A stretch of DNA of 64,000 bases from Eledone cirrhosa (lineage: Eukaryota), in NCBI GenBank assembly GCA_964016885.1, contig CAXHJY010000864.1:46693-110692 (forward strand), read 5' to 3'. The notes beneath the pieces were generated by a model, which was not told where the DNA came from, ran no database searches, and saw only the letters and a list, made by a program, of their open reading frames with translations. Within the stretch, counting starts at the first letter, position 1. The number at the start of each line of letters is the position of its first letter. Below, piece by piece: positions 30,039 through 39,986 of this stretch. The translations under genes were made by a program, and so were the position numbers.

Positions 30039-30477
30039 CTGTCAGTGTGTGTGGGTCTGTATGTGTGTGTGTATGTGGGTCTGTATGTGTGTGTGTATGT
30101 ATGTCTTTCTGATTGTCAATGCGTGTGTGGGTCTGTATGTGTGTGTGTATGTCTTTCTGTCTCTCTCTCTGTGTGTGTGTGTGTGTGTGTGTCTTTGTGG
30201 ACCTGTCTGTCTGTGTGTATGTATGTCTTTCTGTCTGTGTGTCTATCTGTCAGTGTGCGTGTCAGTCAGTGTGTGTGTTTGTGTGTATGCCTGTGTGTGT
30301 GTGTGTGTATGTTTGTTTTTCTGACTGTGCTTGTGTGTCAGTGTATGTGTGCCTGTGTGCGTGTGCGTGTGTGTGTGTGTCAGTCTCTGCGTGTGTGTGT
30401 GTGTGTCAGTCTCTGCGTGTGTGTATGTGTGTCAGTCTTTCAGTGGTGGTGGTGAAGGTCGTCGTTGCTATAGTTAA

Positions 30478-30775
30478 ATTTCTTTATTAGCCACAAGGGC
30501 ACAACAGAAGGGGACAAATACAAATGGGGAGTTTACATAGAGGTATATGAAAATAAAACTATTACTAAAATAACAAATAACAATTGATATCCCCAATAGG
30601 GGGGAGGCGTTACACAGGGTTGTACACACCCCGAAAAAGAATGTACAACCCTCATTTCCAGGAGCACCAAGAGTGAGTACTCCCCTCCTCTCTTTCTCTT
30701 TTTCCTCAACCTACAGGCTAATATAGAGAGAAGGCCCAACCACTCGGGCCATCTTTGCCACATTCACCCACCTTT
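30478..30775 (-). mobile_element. Tx1/L1-type LINE 3' fragment
   Basis: Homologous to the 3' part of the zinc-finger-coding copy at 61581-62430; ends in ggctaataaaga on the minus strand. Confidence 0.75.
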
Positions 30776-30794
30776 GATAGATAGATAGATAGAT

Positions 30795-30857
30795 ATGTTT
30801 CTTTATTAGCCACAGGGACACAAAAGAAGGGGAAAGTTTGCATACAATAAAAACGTG

Positions 30858-30858
<1 letters not shown>
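30795..30858 (-). mobile_element. Very short Tx1/L1-type 3' terminus flanked by (GATA)n on both sides
   Basis: atgtttctttattagccacaggg...aaaacgtgt is nearly identical to 34613-34692. Confidence 0.7.
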
Positions 30859-30895
<37 letters not shown>

Positions 30896-31539
30896 TGTTG
30901 GAGTGTAGTGTGGTGTGGTGTGATGTAGTGTAGTATAATGTGGTGTAGTATAGTGTGGTGTGGTGTGATGTGATGTAGTGTAGTACGGTGTGATGTATTG
31001 TAGTATAATGTGGTGTAGTATAGTGTGATGTATTGTAGTATAATGTGGTGTAGTATAGTGTGGTGCCGTGTGGTGTAGTATAGTGTGGTGCCGTGTAGTG
31101 CGGTGTGCTGTAGTGTGGTGTAGTGTGGTGTAGTGTAGTATATTGTACACAGTGTAATCCATAATACTAAAACCAACCCAAAGACTCGGCCAAACAAGTT
31201 GACCACAAACACGAAGATCTTAAATTTGACAGATGGTTTTAAAAACGGTTTTAAGTTTCAAGTTAACATTCTTAACTTAAGCTGTCTTTGTCTTTGTCTT
31301 CTAGAATGTTCTTAATATAAAAGAAAAACGATAAATATTGACGACGTTTGTTAGAAATGCTGTGAAGTTAAATTAAATCTGGTTGAGAATTAACAACAAA
31401 ATGGATGTTTGCGTGTGTTAATCCACCAGAATCTTAGTTAGATGGTCTCATGTTTTGTCTTCACAGATTAAGATATAGTACTAGATTGATAGTGAACCAT
31501 AGTATAGTTAGACATAGTAGTACTGTCTTTATAATAGTG

Positions 31540-32940
31540 CTTGACAGGTTGATAGTCACAATAGTAAGGCTGGCCCATAGTATGGTTAGAGAGATAGACA
31601 GGTTGATAGTCTCAATAGTAGAGCTGGTCCGTAGTATAGTTAGACAGTAGTAATAGTATCTTATAATAGAGCTTGACATACAGACAGGTTGATAGTCTCA
31701 ATAGTAGAGCTGGTCCGTAGTATAGTTAGACAGTAGTAATAGTATCTTATAATAGAGCTTGACATACAGACAAGTTGATAGTTTCAATAGTAGAGCTGGT
31801 CCGTAGTATGGTTAGACAGTAGTAATAGTATCTTATAATAGAGCTTGACATACAGACAGGTTGATAGTCTCAATAGTAGAGCTGGTCCGTAGTATGGTTA
31901 GACAGTAGTAATAGTATCTTATAATAGAGCTTGACATACAGACAGGTTGATAGTCTCAATAGTAGAGCTGGTCCGTAGTATGGTTAGACAGTAGTAATAG
32001 TATCTTATAATAGAGCTTGACATACAGACAGGTTGATAGTCTCAATAGTAGAGCTGGTCCGTAGTATGGTTAGACAGTAGTAATAGTATCTTATAATAGA
32101 ACTTGACATACAGACAGGTTGAAAGTCTCAATAGTAGAGCTGGTCCGTAGTATGGTTAGACAGTGGTAATAGTATCTTATAATAGAGCTTGACAGACAGA
32201 CAGGTTGATAGTCTCAATAGTAGAGCTGGTCCGTAGTATGGTAAGACAGTAGTAATAGTATCTTATAATAGAGCTTGACATACAGACAGGTTGATAGTCT
32301 CAATAGTAGAGCTGGTCCGTAGTATGGTTAGACAGTAGTAATAGTATCTTATAATAGAGCTTGACATACAGACAGGTTGATAGTCTCAATAGTAGAGCTG
32401 GTCCGTAGTATGGTTAGACAGTGGTAATAGTATCTTATAATAGAGCTTGACATACAGACAGGTTGATAGTCTCAATAGTAGAGCTGGTCCGTAGTATGGT
32501 TAGACAGTAGTAATAGTATCTTATAATAGAGCTTGACATACAGACAGGTTGAAAGTCTCAATAGTAGAGCTGGTCCGTAGTATGGTTAGACAGTGGTAAT
32601 AGTATCTTATAATAGAGCTTGACAGACAGACAGGTTGATAGTCTCAATAGTAGAGCTGGTCCGTAGTATGGTTAGACAGTGGTAATAGTATCTTATAATA
32701 GAGCTTGACAGACAGACAGGTTGATAGTCTCAATAGTAGAGCTGGTCCGTAGTATGGTAAGACAGTAGTAATAGTATCCTATAATAGAGCTTGACATACA
32801 GACAGGTTGATAGTGTCAATAGTAGAGCTGGTCCGTAGTATGGTAAGACATAGTGCTATTATCTTATAATAGAGCTTGACAGACAGACAGTCTCAATAGT
32901 AGGCCTTGTGAATAGAATGGTTAGACATAGTAGTACTATT
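31540..32940. repeat. 86-bp tandem satellite, ~15 copies
   Basis: gacaggttgatagtctcaatagtagagctggtccgtagtatggttagacagtagtaatagtatcttataatagagcttgacataca recurs at 31597, 31683 and onward. Confidence 0.97.
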
Positions 32941-33612
32941 TAATAGACTTTGCCTTCCCCTAAAAATAATCATTATTATAAAATTGACTTCAACAGGATT
33001 AGAACCGTTTCAATAATTTAGAAATCATCATATACATACATATATACATATACATAATACATATATATACATAATACATATATACACATAATACATATAT
33101 ACACATAATACATATATACACATAATACATATATATACATAATACATATATACACATAATACATATATATACATAATACATATATATACATAATACATAT
33201 ATATACATAATACATATATACATAATACATATATATACATAATACATATATATACATAATACATATATACATAATACATATATATACATAATACATATAT
33301 ACATAATACATATATACATAATACATATATACATAATACATATATACATACATACATATATACATAAATACATATATTTATATACATACACACATACATA
33401 TACACACAATACATACATATATACACACACAATACATACATATATATATACACACACACACAATACATATATACACACACACACACACATAATACATATA
33501 TATACACACACACATATATATAGATATGCACACACACACATATATATAGATATGCACACACACACACACACATATATAGATATGCACACACACACACACA
33601 TATATAGATATG

Positions 33613-33646
<34 letters not shown>

Positions 33647-33775
33647 TGCACACACACACACATATATAGATATGCACACACACACACATATATATATAGA
33701 TATGCACACACACACACATATAGATATGCACACACACATATATATAGATATGCACACACACACACATATATAGAT

Positions 33776-33815
<40 letters not shown>

Positions 33816-34032
33816 TTCAAAATATTAACAAAAATAGAACTTCCTGTGATCAAGTATATTTTATTATACATATTTCAGAGGTACAAAACTCACCTCCTAC
33901 ATATATATGTAGGAGGTGAGTTTTATTGTAGCACAATAAAGCAATGCAAATATCGGATAAGTAGCACTCAACAGTTTATAGGACTGGAGTATAAATAATA
34001 TAAAATCCAAAGATGGTTAAAAGATTTCCATG

Positions 34033-34106
34033 TATTTTATTATTATGCGCATTTCAAAAACAAATATCATCATGGGATGATATTTGCTTTCTCATCAGAT
34101 AAAATA
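34033..34106 (-). ncRNA. Type I hammerhead ribozyme motif
   Basis: tattttat-CTGATGA-gaaagcaaatatcatc(ccat)gatgatatttgttttt-GAAAT-gcgc-ATA-ataataaaata; 16-bp stem II, with an extra ATA in the stem I 3' strand. Confidence 0.75.
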
Positions 34107-34192
34107 GGGAGACATGAAGTGTCAAATCAACATATGTTGATTTGACACTTCACTGCTCGCAAGTGTTTTTTAAGCTTCATATCATGTCTCCC

Positions 34193-34263
34193 TATTTTAT
34201 CTGATGAGAACGCAAATATCATCCCATGATATTATTTGTTTTTGAAATGCGCATAATAAAATA
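34193..34263 (+). ncRNA. Type I hammerhead ribozyme motif
   Basis: Stem I tattttat/ataaaata (8 bp), CTGATGA 34201-34207, long stem II, GAAA 34244, 2-bp stem III with palindromic GCGC loop, cleavage triplet ATA 34253-34255. Confidence 0.8.
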
Positions 34264-34384
34264 CATGGAAATCTTTTAACCATCTTTTGATTTTATATTA
34301 TTTATACTCCAGTCCTATAAACTGTTGAGTGCTACTTATCCGATATTTGCATTGCTTTATTGTGCTACAATAAAACCCACCTCC

Positions 34385-34418
<34 letters not shown>

Positions 34419-34486
34419 CGCAGTCAAGGTTGTATGGCTCAGTGGTTATTGTTGTGGTGTTGTACAATAGATAGATAAATAGATAG

Positions 34487-34998
34487 ATTTCTATATTTGC
34501 CACAAGGGCGAACAAAAAAAGGGGACAATACAAAGACACATGCCGGGGATTTTACATACAGTCGTGTAAAAAAAATTTAGTAGAGAGAAAGTAGATAGAT
34601 AGATAGATAGATATGTTTCTTTATTAGCCACAGGGGCACAAAAGAAGGGGACACATACAAAGGGGGAAGTTTACATACAATAAAAACGTGTAAAATGTTA
34701 TCACAAATGCAATTTAAAAAATTAGTCGATTTTCCCCAAGAGGGGGAGACAGTTTATATGGGTAACACATACCCCCGAAAAAATGTGCAACCCTCATCTG
34801 CAGGAGTACGAAGAGTTTGTACTCCTTTCCTCTCCTCCTCCTTTTCCTCAACCTACAGGCTGATATAGAGAGAAGGCCCATTCACTCGGGCCATTCTCGC
34901 CACTTTCACCCACCTTTCATAAAACTTGCTGGGGTACAGCACCTCTCTCTCCATCCTGATTCTTCTTCCAAAGTGGTATTTGAAAAAAAGAATCAGTT
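34487..34998 (-). mobile_element. Two Tx1/L1-type LINE 3' fragments (34487-34575, 34613-34998) in (GATA)n
   Basis: The translated end FFKYHFGRRIRMEREVLYPSKFYERWVKVARMARVNGPSL matches the 61.9-kb copy; (TAGA)n at both ends of the longer copy. Confidence 0.75.
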
Positions 34999-35031
<33 letters not shown>

Positions 35032-35218
35032 GGATGGTAGGTAGGTAGGTAGGTGGGTGGGTTGGTAGGTAGGTAGGTAGGTAGGTAGGTAGGTAGGTAG
35101 GTAGGTAGACAGACAAATAGATATGTGTTAAACGAATGCCATGCAGGACGCATGTTAAGGTTAGGCTAGGGTTGCAACTTTACAAACAAGTCACATACTA
35201 AGCAAACATTTGTCACAA

Positions 35219-35232
35219 TGCCACCTGATGGC
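35219..35232 (-). promoter_or_regulatory. CTCF-like motif
   Basis: Minus strand gccatcaggtggca fits the CTCF core with one deviation. Confidence 0.3.
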
Positions 35233-35237
35233 TGCAG

Positions 35238-35271
<34 letters not shown>

Positions 35272-35307
35272 ACGTACGTGAGTGTGTTTCTTTCAGTGTT
35301 CATATAT

Positions 35308-35342
<35 letters not shown>

Positions 35343-35382
35343 CGATATTAACAAATGGAAACTATATTTATAAAACCATTTT

Positions 35383-35447
35383 TATTTCATTATACATATT
35401 TCAAGGACACCAAGTTAAATTATGGTGTGCTTTCATCAGATAAAATA
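35383..35447 (-). ncRNA. Type I hammerhead ribozyme motif
   Basis: tattttat-CTGATGA-aagcacacca(taatttaact)tggtgtcctt-GAAAT-atgt-ATA-atgaaata. Confidence 0.75.
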
Positions 35448-35768
35448 TAATATAGATCAGTTTTATAAATAAATATTGACATACCCTTAAAGAATGCAAC
35501 CATTACTGTTGGAAGCTCCCGGATGTATATATATATAGCTCATATATATATATATATATATATGAATGTGTATGTATATGGCATATCTGTTCATAAAATC
35601 AGATTATATATATGTATATATATACAGACAAGCAGTATTACCAGCAATAATTTGTTGGTAATTCAACAAATATAAACGTTTATAACTGATTCAGAGCACT
35701 CAACAGTTTCTGGAGAAGAATATACAATAATATTAAATAAATGGAAGCTATATTTATAAAACCATATT

Positions 35769-35829
35769 TATTCTATTATATAAATTTCAAGGGTACCAAA
35801 ACTTTGGTACGCTTTCATCAGATAAAATA
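35769..35829 (-). ncRNA. Type I hammerhead ribozyme motif
   Basis: tattttat-CTGATGA-aagcgtaccaaagttttggtaccctt-GAAAT-ttat-ATA-atagaata. Confidence 0.75.
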
Positions 35830-36123
35830 CGAAGTGTTTTATAAATTTTGACATAACCAAGGAAAATATAACTTCACGGTTCAAATTTTCCTTGGATAGT
35901 ATATATATATATATATACATATATATATGTATATATATAGAAAGGCTTCTACAAGACTAGAGCTGTTTCATTCATATATAAACATTCATATATTTATACT
36001 TATTTTCACATTTATACACATTTTTACATATACATATATATATATATATATCATATATGAATAAATATAGATATATATATAATGATATTAAATAAATGGA
36101 AACTATATTTATAAAACGATATT

Positions 36124-36184
36124 TATTCTATTATATATATTTCAAGGGTACCAAAACTTTGGTACGCATTCATCAGATAAAATA
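36124..36184 (-). ncRNA. Type I hammerhead ribozyme motif
   Basis: tattttat-CTGATGA-atgcgtaccaaagttttggtaccctt-GAAAT-atat-ATA-atagaata; palindromic ATAT loop. Confidence 0.8.
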
Positions 36185-36284
36185 CGAAGTGTGTTTTATA
36201 AATTTTGACATAACCAAGAAAAGAAAACTTGACCCGATAAGGTATTTTTTCTTGGATATGTCAATATTTATAAAAGAAACTTTG

Positions 36285-36340
36285 TATTTTATCTGATGAA
36301 CGCGTATCAAAGTTTTGGTAACCCTTGAAATATATATAAT
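36285..36340 (+). ncRNA. Type I hammerhead ribozyme motif, stem I 3' strand interrupted by a SINE
   Basis: tattttat-CTGATGA(36293)-acgcgtatcaaagttttggtaaccctt-GAAAT-atat-ATA-at, then the SINE tail. Confidence 0.65.
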
Positions 36341-36457
36341 TGTTTCTACTTTTGGCACAAGGCCAGCTATTACCCAGTACATTACTGGTACTTTATTTTA
36401 TCGACCCCGTAAGGATGAAAGGCAAAGTTAACCTCGGCGGGATTTGAACTCAGACCG
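36340..36457 (-). mobile_element. tRNA-derived SINE, 5'-truncated
   Basis: Reverse complement of gagttcaaatcccgccgaggttaactttgcctttcatccttacggggtcgataaaataaagtaccag...gccttgtgccaaaagtagaaacaat. Confidence 0.85.
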
Positions 36458-36522
<65 letters not shown>

Positions 36523-36758
36523 ATGTTCCCCGTTCAATCGGTGGTAACCACAGTAAGTAGGGTACTCAATACATTAATAGAGTTTAAACATCATGTTTAA
36601 TATAGAAATGGCTTTTACAGGACTAGAACTGTTTCATTCAAGAAAATTTGGGCTTTCCTGATGATTTCTTTTGAATATTAAATATAGAAATATACATACA
36701 CCCATATATATATACATCCATACACATACATCCATATATATATATTTATATATATATT

Positions 36759-36789
<31 letters not shown>

Positions 36790-36800
36790 ATATATTTATA

Positions 36801-38041
36801 TATATTTAATACATAAACAGAGAAAGCTTTAAGCAATACTCCGACCGGCTTCCGTCTCACTCAACAAACATTAGGATATACCTTAGTATAATCCCAATTA
36901 TACGTTTGGGGTGCTAACTATATGTATTTTGCGGATAGCCAGTTGTATTATTTTATATGAGACATAATTAAAATACATTTCTCTTTCCAAACGATCGTTT
37001 CAATATGTTTTCTACAAATTGGGAAAATAATATATAGATAATGTAGAAGCCTACACATAGTCCGTAGGAATATATGTAGGTGGGCGCTTATAAATCATCA
37101 GTGGATGCCCGACAAATATCGATATAAAAAAAACCTTACCCATATTAATGTTCAGCGATGGTACCCCTCCGTGCTAGAATGACCGCCAAATTTGAAATTC
37201 CAGCAGTCTCACAATGAGAAATCTCACACTGCCATCAAGCGGAAAGGGGAGGTCATCGCAAAACATAAAATAATAAAATAATATGCAGGCGGGTCAATTA
37301 ATTCTTTCAATAATTTTAACCATGCGTGAAGAACTAAATTGGATATAAAAAAATAAATGTATGCATGTATTATTTATACACGCATATAGGTATTTTCTTA
37401 GGCTAAAAACAGAGATAAGATACCGGAAGAACAATCAATATTTCATACAAAGAATAAATACGGAAAGTCATACCTAAAAAGTATCTGGAAATATTCATCC
37501 CTGGCCAAATCAAGAGTATATTTAATACATTAACAGAGAAAGCTTTAAGCAATACTCCGACAGGCTTCCGTCTCACTCAACAAACATTAGGATATACCTT
37601 AGTATAATCCCAATTTTACGTTTGGGGTGCTAACTATACGTATTTTGCGGATAGCCAGTTGTATTATTTTATATGAGACATAATTAAAATACATCTCACT
37701 TTCCAAACGATCGTTTCATTATAAGTTTTTTACAAATTGGGAAAATAATATCCAGGTGATGTAGACATAGTCCGTAGGAATATATGTAGGTGGGCACTTA
37801 TAAATCATCAGTGGATGCCCGACAAATATCGATATAAAAAAAACCTTACCGATATTAATGTTCAACGATGGTATCCCTCCGTGCCAGAATGACCGCCAAA
37901 TTTGAAATTCCAGCAGTCTCACAATGAGAAATCTCACACTGCCATCAAGCGGAAAGGGGAGGTAATTGCAAAACATAAAATAATAAAATAATATGCACGC
38001 GGGTCAATTAATTCTTTCAATAATTTTAACCATGCGTGAAG
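36801..38041. repeat. Two ~530-bp direct repeats (36801-37331, 37517-38041) around a ~185-bp spacer
   Basis: Both start tatatttaataca..acagagaaagctttaagc and end ccatgcgtgaag, with scattered substitutions and small indels. Confidence 0.9.
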
Positions 38042-38220
38042 TGAGTGTATATAGTTATATACTCGCCTGTGTATGCATATAGCTATATACACGATTATTT
38101 ATTTATTTATTTATTTTGATCTCTTGTTATATATACACACACACGCACACAAATATATATATATATATATATATCAAGTAAGAATATTTTCGAAACAGTG
38201 AGTGGGTTTAAAATTATTAG

Positions 38221-38487
38221 AAATGTAAGTTATCGCCGTATTTTGACTAAAGAAATTAAAGAAATTATTTAGCCTGATAGTGGGGTTAAGAACCCTCGGA
38301 GAAATTGAAAAACATGAGTATTGACATACATGGTAGCACAGTGGTCCGGATAACCAAAGATGTGGTTTCGACTCCCGTTTATGTCAATACTCATCTTTTT
38401 CCATTTCTCCGAGGTTTCTTAACCCCACTATCAGGCTAAATAATTTCTTTAATTTCTTTAGTCAAAATACGGCGATAACTTACATTT
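38221..38487. repeat. Long inverted repeat, 108-bp arms with a 51-nt loop
   Basis: 38221-38328 is the reverse complement of 38380-38487 with few mismatches. Confidence 0.9.
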
Positions 38488-38835
38488 GCTAAAAGGTGGA
38501 TGAATGCGGCGAGAATGGCCCATGTAAATGGGCTTACTCTGACCATGCGCCTATAGGCTAGCTAACTTGAAGAGAGGGGTGCTCTCCCTGGGTGCCCTAG
38601 AAGCACAGGGTGGTTCAGGATTGGTGGGGTACCTGAGTCGCCCCAGGGTCGTCCACCCCCTCTCGGGGAATTTATTTTGTTATATTTATGCATAGTTTAT
38701 TTTATGTTTTTTATATCTTCATTGTTAAATTAGTCTTGCCATTGTGCACTTTTACTCGACCTTATTGTAAACCCCCCACTGTCCCTGTCTTTGTATTGTC
38801 CCCTACATGTTGGCTCTTGTGGCTAATAAATGAAA
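38488..38835 (+). mobile_element. Tx1/L1-type LINE 3' fragment
   Basis: aaaggtggatgaatgcggcgagaatggcccatgtaaatgggc matches the reverse complement of 34870-34920; ends tgtggctaataaa. Confidence 0.7.
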
Positions 38836-38837
38836 TC

Positions 38838-39020
38838 ATTGGCAGTATCGGTAGAGGGTTGGACGCCATGCTTTCTAGCATAGTTACGTCCCTTTACAGT
38901 CTGAGTTCAAATCCCGCCGAGGTTAACTTTGCCTTTCATCCTTACGGGGTCGATAAAATAAAGTGCCAGTAATGTACTGGGAAAATGCTGGCCTTGTGCC
39001 TAAAGTAGAAACAATTATTA
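38838..39020 (+). mobile_element. tRNA-derived SINE
   Basis: ttggcagtatcggtagag (A box), gagttcaaatcc (B box), family core and (ATT)n tail. Confidence 0.85.
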
Positions 39021-39642
39021 TTATATATATATTTGGGTTGTTTAAATTTTTTCTTCATTTTTTATAATTTTCTAAGGGGTGGAGGAGAGGATGGGCGTGT
39101 CTTTTGTTTTGTGTGAAGAAATTATTTTTTTTATTTTGGAGTGGGTGCGGGGATGGGAACGTGTTCTTTTTGGTGGCGGGCAGTGTCTTTTTTTCTGAAT
39201 TACGACATATTTCAACATATACAAATGTCTTTGATATAAGTCATGGAAGATTCTAGATTATTTTGCTGATTTTCTACGAATTTATGTGTGTATTGTGGAT
39301 GGGTGTGTGTGTGTGCGCGTGTTGTGTGTATGTGTGTGTGTGAGAGAGAGAGAGTGTATGTTTTATTTGTATAGTTATTGTTTATGTATCGTGTATGTGA
39401 ATGTGTGTATGTATTTATGTATGTGTGTATGTGTGTATATAGAGAGTTAGTGGTAGCGATGATGTGAGGTGTTATGTGGGCTGATGAAGAGGTGGGGTGA
39501 ACAAGTGCAGTACAACAGAGAATATAGCAATGTGTGCCTATACAGATAGATAAATAGACGTTGAACCTCGAGCTGATCAATCGCGAAACGCGCGTCGCAC
39601 CTGAATAAACTTAATGAAAATTTGACACCTCGTCCATATATA

Positions 39643-39693
<51 letters not shown>

Positions 39694-39946
39694 AGTGTAA
39701 CTTGGAGTTACTGCAGGTTCACCCTGGTGAGCACTCGATGTTTAGGTTCACTTCTGTGTTGAGGTGTAGAGCTATACAGAGTGTAATATATTTTCTACTA
39801 GCATTTTAAAAAGGGTCCGTCGAGCTGCCGATTATAGAGTCGGGTAAGATCGATACAGATCGAACCTTGAGCTGATCAGTGGCGAAACGCGCGTCACCTA
39901 CCAATAAATGTAATGAAGGAGAAACCAATCGTCCTTGTTATCCTTT

Positions 39947-39986
<40 letters not shown>

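Larger units (their letters stand above)
33908..34388. mobile_element. Palindromic element (~210-bp inverted arms) carrying one hammerhead ribozyme per arm; Penelope-like pLTR remnant inferred
   Basis: Arms 33908-34117 and 34182-34388 are near-perfect reverse complements, flanked by (TA)n. Confidence 0.75.

Noticed and set aside
37020-37095. GIY-YIG endonuclease remnant (IIY...IYVG)
   Set aside because: Requires frameshifts and stops, and the downstream conserved residues are not recognisable.
38272-38306. Hammerhead in the 38.2-kb hairpin arms
   Set aside because: Core reads CTGATAG, not CTGANGA, and no UH triplet is correctly placed.
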